From: Tubiluchus corallicola
Taxonomy: Eukaryota > Animalia > Priapulida
Reading direction: 5' to 3'
NCBI GenBank assembly: GCA_030141605.1
Contig: JAQGDQ010000372.1
Coordinates: 124,001 to 188,000 of the forward strand
Length of the DNA: 64,000 bases
Shown here: piece by piece, positions 1 through 30,800 of the stretch
How the letters are laid out: every line of letters starts with the position of its first letter
Numbering within the stretch: the stretch's first letter is position 1
The notes under the pieces: model-generated
The model's input: only the letters and a program-made list of their open reading frames with translations
The model's database searches: none
Told to the model about the DNA's origin: nothing
Program-made: the position numbers and the translations under genes

Positions 1-3360
<3,360 letters not shown>

Positions 3361-5428
3361 TCCCAGCAGGCGTAGGAACAATGTAATATGGAACAATGCA
3401 AATATTCCAAGTAGTTATATGAGTCTCGCAGCGATTGAACATCCGATTTCAAACAATTGTTCAAAAATGGTGCAAGCATGGCACCTTATTTTAGTTTTTA
3501 TCAATTTATGAATGAGCTTTAACATGATATTCATGTTTTATATTATTCATCTCAAGCAGAAAGCAGATGGTACGTTCACTGTTTGCCTCTTTGTGCATTT
3601 CCACAAAAACCTAAAGCAATAACTAGGAGTATTGATTTTGCACCTGGATTTAACCAGAGATTCTCAGATTTAATTTATGTTAATTAAGTATATTTTTAGC
3701 TGTAGCAATCTATGTAATACCTATAATAATCGCACATGACGTTTCGAAGCATCAATCAATCTATTTAGCAAGAAAATGTTCAAAAAGAAAGTTGTTTTGT
3801 TCTTTTCTGTTGAGACTTGAGACTCTTGAGATAGCAATGATTTAAATGCAGTAACTGTCTTTAATCTTCTAATTAGACTACTTCTGTTCTTATATAGAGT
3901 CTTTCTAGCGCGTGAGACATTTTAGGATCCAACTATAAACCCTTGATACCTTAGAATTACGCGGGTGGTTATACCAGTTCTTTATAATGTTGTATGTAAC
4001 AATAAGAATTGTATACGTTTTTTATATTTCTTTTTTCCTCCCCCCTACTTCTCGCTTTTTCTTTCATTATTTTTTTCTACGTTCTGTCTTTCTTTGTCTG
4101 TTTTAAATGGTTCTTTCTCTCAATTCTTCCTCTTTCTTTCTATTTTCGTTTATTCGTTTTTTCACTTTTCATGTACTTATTCGTTCATTCACCCACGAGC
4201 CAATTTATTTGTATTCAGTCAGTCATATATTCGTTGTTTACTTATAGATTTCTTCGCTTGCTACTTGGTTCATTTCTTCATCCACTTATTTATTTGTTTC
4301 TTTCCGTTTGTTTGTTTATTTATTCATTTATACTTATCAAAATTATCAATTCATTCTCTTTTCTTCCATTTATCTCTTTCTCTTCCCTTTTTCTCTTTCT
4401 TTCTTCTTTCGTTTTTTCCTTTTTGTTTCATATTTTTGTTCGTTCGTTTCTTTCCTTTTCTCTTAACTATTTTTCCGTTTTTTTTACTCTTTTCTTTTTC
4501 TTTCTTTCGTTTGTTTCTTTTTTACCTGCATGTCACAGTTTTTAATGATTATTTTTACTTCGTGTTTGTAATATTTTTGAATGTAAATAATTTATTAAGA
4601 AGTTTGTCAACAAACTTTTGTGAAATGTATCTTTGATATATAGTTAATCACACAACAATTACGCATAACCTTTAAATTTCAAGAAATATGTCTGTTTTTC
4701 ACTCGTTAAAGGCAACCAATAATGGTTTTCAGTGACCTGATTAAGGATGGGCGTTGTACATTGGTGATGCTGCTCAATATTATGAATTAATAATGAATCA
4801 CCGAGCAGAGACGTCATGCTTATAGTTCCTCTATCAGAAGGTCGCGCTGCCTGTCAAGATAAATAATGTTTCAATATGAATGTGTAATATGACGGCACGA
4901 ATACTTCTGCAAATGGAATAGACGTGTTTAAATAAGGTTATTACATGCATTGCCACATTGAATCTGCCGTTTACGTAACATTAACGTTTGAACATTAACT
5001 ACACATGATGAATGTACAGACGTCTCTAAAGATACTAGTCAATGGTGCTTTCTCAAAGCTCACTTTTTGCAGTTTCATTAACAACCTCGATTTTCCGACA
5101 ATCGTCAAACAGAATCGCGATTATTAGGACGTTAAATAATAAATAACATCATCTTGCAATGTGCATCTTCTTTTAAATAATGAATAACATCATTGCGTAA
5201 CACCAGCTGGTGGTAGCACCGGTCTTCGTTTTTCATCAATTAGGAAGAGAGGACGTATCAGCAAGAAGCGCAGAAGAACAGAACGTGCACCTCGGGGGGC
5301 ATTATTGATATAGACAAACAGTTGAGGAGAGATTCCTTGAATTCATGCAATAAAACGGGGATACGATTGTTGTAGCAACTGTATGCCTGGAGTTTTCCAA
5401 GCTGGAGTGATGGCGGAGAGATAACAGG

Positions 5429-6786
<1,358 letters not shown>

Positions 6787-7578
6787 GTAACAGGTAAAGG
6801 GGCTGTTGTGGAATGTGGGTTTCTAGCGATACCAAACTAACTTGGTTTCACAACTCAAACACAGCTACTTTAATTTGTGAAATCTAACTTGTGAGGAATT
6901 ATAAAGTCTCTGTATTTTGCGTTTAACGTAAACAAAATCCCCAAAAATGCAGTAACAGAAAAACTGAACACAAACAGATTCACCTTCAGTTGTGACTCAC
7001 TTACCCAGCAAATGTCGGTAAAAAAACTCGATAGAGATTAGCTTTCTGAATCAGTTATAAATTTACGTATATTTTTGCATATATGAGAAAGCAATGTGTG
7101 ATCTAGCTAGAATTAATAGAGTATAATCTGTAATTTGCCATTAAATTTACCATACATGATTATTGTGGGATATGAATAGTCAAGTGGTCAGTACGTATAC
7201 TTCCTAGCCGAAGTTAAGCAATGCTGAGCCTTCTCAGGAAATGGATAGGTAGCTGGCGCTCCTACTACTTCCCACCCGCTTTTGGCATTTTCATTCGCCA
7301 TATCGATTCTGGCTGTTCACCTTGCTGAGGGAGCACGTATTCAAATCCAAACGTGCTTAGAGGATTTGCCGTAATAATGAGCCAGATTCCGAGCCCACCG
7401 CAAGTCCTACAATGAGTGCTGGATTTAAGCTTGCAAAAACCGAATTGCATAAAAATACACAGAGCGAATAAAATAAATGACAGTTAGACAACACAATAAC
7501 AGCATAATAATCATGCAGTGTTTAGCAGTTAGTAAAGTATCGAAACCGTATATCAGAAATCTGCAAGACTAAGTAGCC

Positions 7579-8027
7579 CATGGGTGTGCAAATTATCTGA
7601 CTATTAAACTTTCCCACAATTCCTGCGGGATACAGGCAGTTTGATCAAGGAGCCAAGTACAGAAAGGCCTAATAACGATTTTTTTTGCATCCGACCTGCG
7701 TACATCATTACTACTACACTCAAGAAACTATTTTAGAAGTTATTAAAATTTTTATTACAAACCATACATTTCTACTTTCAGGACAGATAGTGGTAATTTC
7801 ATTACAATGCATATTAGTAATGTGTATCACACAGTATGTGTAGTACAGTGACATTAAGCTACAACCGTCTTGTAAAGGTTAATGGCATCCGATCTAGTAG
7901 AAAAAACTACCCGCACTATCTTTAGATCGTGGCACGGACTTCAGCTGGATACACTCAATTAATCGCCCGGGCCGCACTTTCATTAGGTTGACAAATCTCT
8001 TCGCGGGCCGTAATTTGCACACCCCTG
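7579..8027. mobile_element. hAT (Charlie-like) MITE
   Basis: TIR CA(T/G)GGGTGTGCAAATTA; perfect 8-bp TSD AAGTAGCC. Confidence 0.85.
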
Positions 8028-8284
8028 AAGTAGCCCATGACACTATCAAAAAATTGCCCCAGAAGTTCTTTGTTCGCTGTACCTCTGTTCATTCGTCTGT
8101 AGTTTTTCCAATTTTCTAATCAAATAACATTCCAACCATGCAAGTGTAAATCGCTTTTGGGCAGTTGCGATAGCACCGCAACCTCGTTCACACTTCACTG
8201 ATTACAAAGTAACAAAATGGCAGCTTCGAGCTAAACAGGCTCGGTTGTTTCACCTGCTTGCATTCCAGTTTATTAGTGTCAGCA

Positions 8285-8325
8285 TTATCATCAACATCAT
8301 CTTCTTCATCATCATCATCATCACT

Positions 8326-8382
<57 letters not shown>

Positions 8383-8475
8383 GTCATCATCATCTTCATC
8401 CTCATCATCATCACTTTCATCATCATCATCGTCATCATCATCGTCATCATCATCTTCATCCTCATCATCATCACT

Positions 8476-8544
<69 letters not shown>

Positions 8545-8545
8545 T
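8285..8545. repeat. (CAT)n microsatellite with a 60-bp internal duplication
   Basis: Directly visible. Confidence 0.97.
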
Positions 8546-8586
8546 TTAGTCTTTATATTAACTATAATATATATCATTATTAATAT

Positions 8587-8912
8587 TGTTACGATTATGA
8601 CAAACCCCCTAATAATAGTAATGGGTATGGTTGAGAAGCCCAGTAGTGCAAATGCACCCGTATAAAACAGAATGCACGCTGTAATTTGACGATTCCAACC
8701 TGGCCTTTCTGTCTGTAAAGGAGAATGCTGTAGGTTTGCTGATTTTTATATCAAAGTCTGTTCACATGTCATGGAGCTACTGGTTGTGCATTAAAGTTTA
8801 TTTTGCATTCGTATTCTTTTTACTTTTCTCGTCTGCTGTAAAGTCTTTCATAACTTGTATGCCGCTCTATACATCTTGGGACGGATCGGCGCTGGAACCC
8901 GGATCCGTTACA
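8587..8912 (+). mobile_element. Solo LTR (Gypsy-like)
   Basis: TGTTACG...CGTTACA termini, 4-bp TSD ATAT, internal TATAAAA and ATTAAA in the expected order. Confidence 0.7.
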
Positions 8913-9885
8913 ATATTAACAAATAAATAAGAGTAATCATTAACTAAAATGATTATTATTAGTTAAAATTAATTAATAAAAATAAAACTACAATATAATG
9001 TCAATTTGAAGAACAACTTATCAACAGTAAAGGCAAAAACGTATTTTGTCGCTTATGAACGTTTACCTCAAGCTGCTGAATCTAGGAGTAGCAGCTGGAG
9101 CTGACCTAGATCTTCAGCGTCTGTACCAGATTTACGTAAAAGCTTCTGTTTCTGTTTATTTATGCCACCATCTTGGTTGTTTGATTTGCGCGCGTAATTT
9201 ATTATTGTGTTTGTAGGTGGCGTTGACAAGAACAAGAAACGCTTGCGAAACGAAATTGTTTCCCTCCTTCGGTTTTCTGCCGTCCATTGAATCCCTTTCG
9301 GTGAGCTTCATCAGAATTAGCTAAAGTCACGTGATTTTTGTCCATTATTACAGCTTCATGTTAATTGTTGAACTCTAATTAATCACATTCAATGTCCCCC
9401 ACTGGCTTTCCATTAATGTGTTGCATCCACTGCGGTCGGTCAATTAACTTGGTTCCATTGACACACGAGTAACTTGGTCACCATAATTGGAAGAGGAAGT
9501 CATACGCATTTGCGAGAATGGGTCAAAGAGAACAGGAAAGGACGAACAGATGCTAGGCATAATTACATTCATCATGACAGCTCCATGCATAATTGTTATT
9601 TAATCGCACAAAGTCTGCATGCACGTGTGTAATAATAACATTTATATAGTTTAAACGTAATTTATTATAGGATTGGATTAGACAGTTTGTACAACATGAT
9701 TTAGGATCCTCACCACAACAGACTTTATACACTATTTACAAAAACATTTACAGTAAGAATTGACTATAACTAAACAAGCTGACAAGTTTTACTACAGGGT
9801 TACATCAGACATTAGTAGAAAATGACGGTTAGTAAATATTAATGTACGATTATTTAAGACTGATGTATTTTATATCAGATAGAAA

Positions 9886-10330
9886 CTACTGGAAGCGTTT
9901 AGTACATAATATAAAGTCATGTATACATTGGAATATTTTACAGATAGTAACATAGTTAAATTCATCTTTTCCGAATAATAACAACTTCAACAGATCATTA
10001 GTTCCTAAAGCAGCTATACTAAGGTTTTCGGGCAGTAGTATTGCATTTAATTTATCAAACATAACTACCCTAGCTAGTTGATGCAATGGGCAGTGCAACA
10101 AAAAGTGTTTAACAGACTCAAATAGAAATCCACAGTTACAATTCGGCAATATTGGATGACCGTTATTATCTTTACAGCCTTTAGAGAAAAGGTCATAGTT
10201 TAGCTGAGAAAATCCGATTCTCATGCGCGTATGATGCACTGATATTGGAGGTGAAAAATGTTTCTTACGCATCGATAAACTTAAATGTGATTTGAGCTCT
10301 TGTTTGAATTGCGAAATGGATGTAATTTCA
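9886..10330 (-). mobile_element. Non-LTR retrotransposon (LINE) ORF2 C-terminal remnant
   Basis: HTRMRIGFSQLNYDLF...CNCGFLFESVKHFLLHCP: C-terminal CCHC zinc-knuckle region typical of LINE reverse transcriptases. Confidence 0.8.
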
Positions 10331-10805
10331 ATAACATTTATATATAATACGATCAAACGTTTTCACATATTATATCTTACATCAGTAAGATTTATTAATA
10401 GGTAGGCATACAACAGGATAACTTAGAACAATTTTTAGTAAAATAGCTACTATGCACACAAATGAAAAAAGTCCAAGTACGAAAGAGCTACATCTGTAAA
10501 GACACTTAATTATTTTATTTATACATTATTTTATACATGATTTTATTGTTATATCTCCATTGTTATAAATATATGTTATTGTAATTCAAGGTGGTGAAGT
10601 AATAAAAAGTACTACGAGTAAAACTTTTCGCTTATCTGTACGTGCACAATCTACAAAACTTTTAACTACCATAAAAATCTAAATTTAATTAAAAAATTTA
10701 AAAGTTTTTTTTGTTTTCAATCTATGCAGTAGATACTCCCTTCTGGCAATTTTTTCCCACAAACAGTAAATCCGATTAGAATTTTAAATACCAAGGCTAT
10801 ATTAA

Positions 10806-11244
10806 CCCTTTCAGTCCCAAATTATTTTTTTAATAAGAAAACATTTTTTGGCTTGGTACTTTTGTTCCCAATGTATCCTGTGGGATACACAACATTCTTT
10901 GTCATATGCAAAAAAAACAAAGTTCGACTTTTGTAAAGTACAACAAAAGCAAAAAATGTGCTTCATTTTGCAACTGCTGATAATTTTTTAAATTATTTAA
11001 GACATTTAGTATGCATGCTATGCTGATGTGTACAAAGTCGTCTCTAAAGTAATGTACCTTGAGCAGTTTTTTGTGCTACGTAGGTTTTTTAGTTTGCCAT
11101 TTTATAACCATTTTTAGTCTATTGTTATTGGCTTAAATCAAAATAACTATTAACAGCTCAAATAACTGTCAATTTTAAAATTTTATTAATTTCAAAGGCA
11201 GAAAATATTCTCGTATCCCACGGGATACAACGAGTATGAAAGGG
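10806..11244 (+). mobile_element. piggyBac-type MITE, about 60 nt downstream of the nAChR stop codon
   Basis: TTAA|CCCTTTCA...TGAAAGGG|TTAA; internal palindromes GTATCCCACGGGATAC; homologous inverted copy at 58256-58709. Confidence 0.88.
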
Positions 11245-11306
11245 TTAAAATGTTATGAACTTATTACCAAACGTTTTGGCTTTCTGTAACTGAAAGCGGT
11301 AAAAAT

Positions 11307-23423
<12,117 letters not shown>

Positions 23424-23797
23424 CGAAACGTTCGTTGGAGATAATAAATTATCATCGCAGAATCAACGCCAGTCTTTGTTCTCGGCTATTTCATTATTCT
23501 TTGTTCTGTCTAATGGAACAATTCATCTGTCAAAGCGTAGAAGTCATTTCATCCAAACTACGTTGTAAAACAAGCGATTTTATTCACAGTCAAGTAATAA
23601 AATAATGCGTAATATCAACTTTAAACGTGAAATATAGCTGCACCGAGCTTTATTTTCAATGGCTTCCGTAGCTTCCAACTTTTGACACATGACTATTGAC
23701 CGCCATCTCTTGTGGGAAACTTAAACAGTTATCTGGCACAATTAATCAAGCTATCAAATTTTAAAATTGAGAAAATGAGAGTCACAGTTAGTGGTAA

Positions 23798-23813
23798 CTG
23801 GGAATTGTAGTCC
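23798..23813 (-). promoter_or_regulatory. ACTACAATTCCCAG (ZNF143/THAP11-associated) promoter motif between the divergent nAChR and SUCLG2 genes
   Basis: Minus strand reads GGACTACAATTCCCAG, about 380 nt upstream of the receptor ATG; a YY1-like CCGCCATCT lies at ~23700. Confidence 0.4.
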
Positions 23814-25495
23814 CGCAAGGCTATCAAGAAGCCATATTAGCCAGCAGAGCCGTTGGTACTCACCTTTTGAGAAGAATTTGCTGAAATTTCAAACTGCAAG
23901 GTCCTACATGATGTTTCAAAAAAGTATCTAAATTTACGTAGGATAGCAATTTTGCTGGTGTGGTATATTAAAGTTTAGCTTATGGCTATAAGCTAATGAC
24001 CTTTATGAAGCTATTTTATTGTTTTTAAAAGTTTTTTAACAAATTCATTGAATTAGATAACTAAAAGCAAAGTTGTGATTAATGGGCAGGTTCTGCTTGA
24101 CAATTCAAAATCATAAAGGACGTTGAAATTTCGACTTCTGGTAATACGATAAATTAACTTAAAAATCCCGAGTCTTCTGTGTGTAAGAAATCTATCTTAG
24201 CTGTCAATCCGTTGAGCACTGGAACAGTTTTATAATAGACTAGACTATGATTACGTCATGATGTTCGTAAATTGAGCTAATTGGTACAATTCAGGTGACT
24301 GGGCATTTTGTTAAAACAACACTATCTAATCAAGATTTTTAGTTTGCAGAAATTTCACTAAAGTTACTGTGTGCATTTGATTATAGTAACCGAAATAGTT
24401 ACATTGATGCAAAGTAATAAAACTAGATGTAAAATCTATACATAATAGTCTTCGTACCTGTTTATTTACTAGATGGGTTAATCTCTTCAGTAATGCTGAA
24501 GCATATTTTTGGCTTACAAAATGAAAAATTGGAAAGGATTTAATTTAAAAAGATGCTTGACAGATGGCAGCAGCAGAATTGTGATACTTGTTAGTGTGTC
24601 ATAATATTTGAAAAGGTCAGGATGCAGCCTGGATTTGAACTAAAGACGTCAAGCTTACGCTGAAGCCTTATGACCACTAGACAACCCTGTGTTCATGACA
24701 GATCTTAATTCATTCCTTACATTTGAAAAACCAATTCAGCAATTTTCACATTTCCTTTCTTTCATGCTTTCAAATTTAGTATTCGATTATTACGGGTAAA
24801 TTGTGTAATTAATAACAATCTTGAAGTTATATAATACAATACACACTGTAATATATATATATATACAGTCGCCGCTTAATAGACTCACTTTATATATTAT
24901 ATATAATATTATACGAACTAGTCCCTAAATTCCTTTGTGCAGTTAAAAATTAGAAAAAATGTTTTAAAATATTAATTTATATAAATGAGTTAGCAATAAT
25001 TACCGATAGTTTTTATGTATATTTGAATAGAAGCGGCCCGTTCCAGGCGTTATTGAGTCAATTAAGCGATTGAGTCTATTAGATTAGCCGTGAGTCTATT
25101 AATATATATATATATATAGTTCCAATCTTTTCCTTTGGAAGATTTTAACAAAAATGCATTTATAACATTGATAATTACGTCAGACTTCCGTTCACTTATT
25201 ATCGTTCTCAAGTTCGTAGAAGGAATTTGATTACGCAGTGACACCGTTCTCTTCACAGTGTCTAACAATAGACCTACTAAAACTTGTTCAAAAAATAAAA
25301 CTTTATGCTAACTAAATACGAATCAATTTCTAAGCAAGTGGAATTACGTAGTAGGTTAGAAATAGAATTCTAAGGTAAGGTAAGGTAAGGTAAGGTAATT
25401 TAAAGTTTACGCGAGTCCATGTGTCTGTGCAACAAAATACAGTTGAGCCTAACTTACTTTTGTACGATGCGCTTTATTTTTAACGCTACACGTTC

Positions 25496-27744
25496 ATGAT
25501 GGCTGCGTTGTGTAAAAATGCTTGTTCTAAAATATTTCGGAGTTTCGTTGGAAATAAGGTTTGATGTCTTTAGCTAGCGAATAAAAAAGTCAGTAACATA
25601 CGTTGACACACCTAGAATGTTAGAAGCAACAAACTGTAAATTTAATCTTATAATGTGTGCGTTCTCAACTGCCTAAATTTTGATTTGTTTTGACCTGGTT
25701 TGTTTTTATGTTAATTTGTTGTTGAAGTGCATAGTGCATTGGATTAAATTTAAATTGGTTCCGTTTTAAAGGAACAAAGCTCAAATTACAGCTTAACTCT
25801 TAAGATCAATGCCCATGTCATACTGATATTATGTAGTTAAGTAGTACTAGTTTTATGTTAATAATAATATAATTATAATTGATTCCAAAGTTGCGAACCT
25901 TAAGCTTAACCGATTGATCTCCCATCCTGCCGTACTGAATTTCGAATAAAATATCAAGCTAAATTGGATATTTTTCAATTCAATATGGTATTCAATTCAA
26001 TGGATACCGGTCCGAAGCTGAAACAAATTTCCTTGTAAACTCTATAATGCTTTATCATTTTAAGTTAGTGGTGAACTGTATAAAATTGTTTTGATTAGCA
26101 AATCTGTATTCGTATTTAATGGTTGATGTTATGTAGTATAGCATTAAGTATTTTAAAAACAGCCCCAATTCTTTCCAAAACTGTTCAAAAACTATTATGT
26201 ATAATCAATATAAACAATATTTAAGGTAAATTACAATATGCTCGTAGCTTTGAAACGACTTGCGAACAGATGGCGCATTGCATTCTTTGAGTTGTCATAT
26301 AGAAACAAAGCAAATGTCGGCTGTTGCGCCGTTTTCACTGTTTCTTATCAGATGCTTTCAGATGTCTTTTCATAAGCATTATAGGGAAATATTTGTTTAA
26401 TATAATTTACACCGAATATGACAATTATTAAAAAAGTGACTTGGGCATACCGAACGTTCACCAAACCTTTACTAGACCAGTTTTCATATGCAGGGAACAA
26501 ATTTCATGCATTCCATACATGTGTGAAACCTTGCATTCAGGTAAAAATCGGTGATCCAAACATTTTGTGCATCCCTAAGTTGTTGTTGTTGTTGGCATCC
26601 TGTCTCGGAAGACAATGGAGTGTGCGCCAAGAGAGTCAGTTATTGATCACATTGATGGAGCTGCAGCGTCGACTGTGGCTGAGCAGTGCGATCCTTGAAC
26701 GTCTCCAGGGTGCATGCCTGGGCAAGGTGTATGGAGCTCCTGAGTTGCCCAGACAACAGGAACCCCCCTCTCTTCCTCCCTGGTGTAGTCCAAAGGAAAG
26801 CGGAGCAATATGTTTGGCACCAGGTTGGCTGTAGGAGCTGCCGGAGTCAGTGAGCATGCTGCACTGGTCCGTCTTCGGGGCTCCATTCTTGATTTGGAAG
26901 GTTTACTCCTCTACACATGGCCGTTGGGTCACTTGACCTCCTCTGCCCTCTAGCCGTTGGCTGCTTGTGCAGCTCCTCCGCCTTGTGTCGAGACACAGTG
27001 TGGGCATCCTGCAAGCCTACAGCGCCTGGTATTCCTAGGCAGTCACCCATCCAAGTACTAACCAGCCTCAGAATTCAAAGTAGAACAAGGTATTAACAGG
27101 ACTTAGAGATTTGAAACTGTAGATGATTTTTATGATTTAACACAAAATAATCACTGTTATAAGCTACTTCTGTTCATAGGTGGCACTGTGCAGTGCTCCT
27201 GTACGATGGCTCAATTTGCAAGAATACCAGAGCAAACAGCTGATGGCCGATCACGGCATATTTGTTCAGCCTTTCAAAGTGGCCGATACTCCAGATCAAG
27301 CAACAAAAATAGCACACGAACTTACTCAGTCAGTCAGTAAGTATTCTTATAACAGACATAATTTAACCATTAATGTATTTTAAATTATTATTTAAAGATA
27401 GTCACGTGTGTCTCTTCTTTTCCATTATTGAACATTATTTTATTATAAACTAACACATTTGTATAATAATTCAATTTTCATTCGTCTTAAATGCAAAATC
27501 TGATAATTTTCAATTACCTGGTACATGCTCATTAACTAATTAACTGTAGTAGTAACAATCCTGAGAGGGTGGCTGCCCTCGATAACTTATAGTTCTTTCG
27601 CCACTTTTTCACCACTAATCAATAATTACTTTTGCACTTTGTAATATTATTGTATGTTGTACAGATTTATAAATCTCTTAGTTATGTATTTTGCTATTTT
27701 AAAAATGGTGATAAACTAATAAACTTACTTACTTACTTACTTAC

Positions 27745-27821
<77 letters not shown>

Positions 27822-30800
27822 GTACTTAGTTACTTACTTACGTACTTACTTACTTACTTACTTACTTGATTATTTTAGCAAGATTTCTATTGTTTTCATT
27901 TAAGTAAACGTGGTCGTTGCTTGTTTGTTTGTGAGGTGTCACTATAACTATTGGAAGAAGCAGAAATTTTAACATTTCATGAGCCATGACGTTACAGTTT
28001 TGTCTGATTCTAACTAATTCTGTTGCCTAAACGTCTAAAATCAGCCTTTTCTCTGTCTCCCATCTGGCCTTCTAGTTGCTAAATGATTTCATATTCAACT
28101 GTCAAGTTTATGCTACTATTGCAGCATAATTGAACTTTAATGCATTTTCTTAATGCTGGTTATTGACTGCATAAGCAACCCATAAATCTCTTTAAGACTG
28201 GGTTTATTCTAAGCTCTAAAAACCATTTTCGTTAAAATGTTGACTTTTGTTAATAGTGATGCTTATCTTCTGTATCTTATGTAAAAAATTTGTGAGTACT
28301 GTGTGTACTCACAAATGTACTGTGTGTATTGGTTCAGTGGGGCCTTAGCAAAAGCGACTATCATATCATCTGATATGGCACTACCCTGCATTTTGCGTTT
28401 CAATTTTAAACAAAATTTTGCATTTTTTAACTCCTGCGTTTTTGACACTAAGACACAACTATAAAGGTTTCTGTGATGCCGGGCTTTACTTGTTGGTTTT
28501 CTGTTCTTTATTTAAACCAGATTTACTTCAACAAATCCCAAACTAGTACTCCCAGCCGAGCGGTGAGGTAGTAGTACACAGATGTTAGTAGTTTAGAAAC
28601 TGAATCAGTTTCTCATAGGTACCTCTACGGGGCGTACCTTGAGATAAAAGATGTGGGTTCGAATCACGAGTGGGATCTTACGTGTCGGTCTTGAGTTGCT
28701 GTTATTGTGTTTAGCTCACAAAGTGTGAACTTTTGTTAGGTAAACTATAAAGACGCATCTATACATAGATTAACTATTATACGGAAGCAATGTTTCAGTA
28801 TTACTGCTCAACTTGTAGTATAACTTTTTGTTATAACAAAAATAATACTTACTAATAGTGTTTCATAACAGTCAATGAAGCTTTGATTGTTAAATCACTT
28901 TTTTAGACGCAGAAGAATTTGTAATAAAAGCTCAAATATTAGCTGGTGGACGTGGAAAAGGAACGTTCAGCTCCGGATATAAAGGCGGTGTTAAATTAAC
29001 AAGAGAGTGAGTAATATGAGTTTTGCTGTATTTTTCATTTATGCAGTTTTGTTGTCATATCTGTTGCTAATTATTCTAACCCGAAAAGAGTGTGAAAAGT
29101 CTTATAAATCAGAAATTTTTGTTTCCATGCTTATGCTTATTGTTGTTGTTCGAAATTTGTAATTTGCGATTTAATAATACAGAAAACTATTTATAATTTA
29201 TAGTTGAGAAAGGCATATTTAACATTATTCCAATTCTGAAAATCTGATACACATGTAAGCAAGAACTTCAAACCTTTGTCTTTTGCTTTGTTTTAGTCCG
29301 GGAGACATAAAGCCCATGGTTGAACAAATGCTGGGATATAAATTAGTTACCAAACAAACCCCCAAAGATGGCGTACTAGTGAAGAAGGTGTGCTGATTTT
29401 TTTTTTATTTAGTTTTAACAAACGAGCCTTACTTACATGACTGTTGTGGAGCTTATTCTGGAATATTCCATTGTACAGTAGAACAATCGTCTTACCTTGT
29501 AGAAGTTTCTACTTCTAGATTATTCCCTGGCTCTGATATATAAGGCGGAGCTGGCCGCTGAAGTACATTCTCTGTTTTCTCTCTCACATTCTCTTGTATT
29601 CTCGTATTCTCAGATACGCTTTCACGTTTCCAGATTACACATTTCGCGTTCCTTCATACTTTTGTGTTGTAGAATTCTCGCATAATAAACTAGTTTAATT
29701 TGACGACGTGTTAACAAAACAACAAAAATGTAGGCATATATTTGTCTATTTTGTTTGCACTTGGTATGCAATAAGCACAGTTGTACATGGCTTTGACAAT
29801 TAGCCATTGGAACATAGCTAGCTAAACAGCGAAAAATGCAGTTATGGCGCCAAAGTTAAAACTAAACATCTCGTCTAGTGTTTGTTTAAATGTTGATGAC
29901 ATGCACCTAGGGTCACTGGTTAACCCTATCTATAATAAAAAACTGAAAAACTAGAAGATCAAGTTCTTTCAAAGGTCAAACTTTACGAATTTGTTGTTGT
30001 ACAAGCTCACAATATTAACTAGCTGTCCCACTCTTATAAATTTTGATTTGCTGCTTATTGACCTTGAACAAGGCCATTGTAATTCTATTTCCAAAAAAAT
30101 TTGGTGCCTGTGTCACACAAAAGAGGAAAACCAGTAACGTGCATTGATAGATTTGGGACTTCTGATCACTATGTAATGGAACAAGCTGGTTACTCACAGT
30201 GTGTGCTTACCAAACAAAGTTAAGCAAAGCTGAGGCTGGTCAGTGAATAGATGGGTTCAGTTACTCACTCGGTGATTTCATTCACCATATCATCCACATT
30301 TGGCTGTTTTACACTGTTTTTCTTGGAAGATTTACCTTGAGCTAGATTCCAGTCTTTCCACAGTTATTTGTATTAAGTAGGCCCTGGCTGTATGTGTTGC
30401 AATGTTCCAATGTGTATAGACAAATCCAAAGCAGCCAGCGTGCTTAGATTAATGTGAAATAGAAATTTGTTCATGTCTTTAAGTGCAACTTTAGCCACAT
30501 TTTTAAAATGATACTTTTTCTATACTTTCAATGGTGAGTGCAGTAATGCAACCCTTTACAGGTAATGGTTTGGTAATGGTACAGAATGTTTACAGGTAAT
30601 GGTACAGAATGTTTACAGGTAATGACTTGGTAATTGTACAGAATGTTTACAGGTAATGATTTGGTAATGGTACAGAATGTTTACAGGTAATGATTTGGTA
30701 ATGGTACAGAATGTTTACAGGTAATGATTTGGTAATGGTACAGAATGTTTACAGGTAATGACTTGGTAATTGTACAGAATGTTTACGTACAATGATTTGG

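Noticed and set aside
3965-4636. 223-aa Phe/Leu-rich membrane-protein-like ORF
   Set aside because: T-rich low-complexity DNA downstream of the receptor stop, open in two frames because adenines are scarce.
7205-7255. 5S-like box A/box C fragments (also 30215-30257)
   Set aside because: Too short and degenerate to delimit; probably old SINE heads.
8188-8665. Poly-D/S/I/M ORFs (also 13326-13898 and 33690-34225)
   Set aside because: Trinucleotide microsatellites open in several frames; no splice or codon support.
9060-9180. Minus-strand first exon (CAAGATGGTGGC...GAG|GTAAAC)
   Set aside because: Immediate in-frame stops and no downstream exons; could be a transposon internal fragment.
24618-24690. 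tRNA genes (also 28553-28680 and 31428-31493)
   Set aside because: Only A/B-box-like remnants with no pairing acceptor or anticodon stems; treated as decayed SINE heads.
26314-26400. Alternative SUCLG2 first exon ([10 protein letters not shown]...)
   Set aside because: Runs into a stop without a phase-0 GT donor; 25496-25558 fits better.
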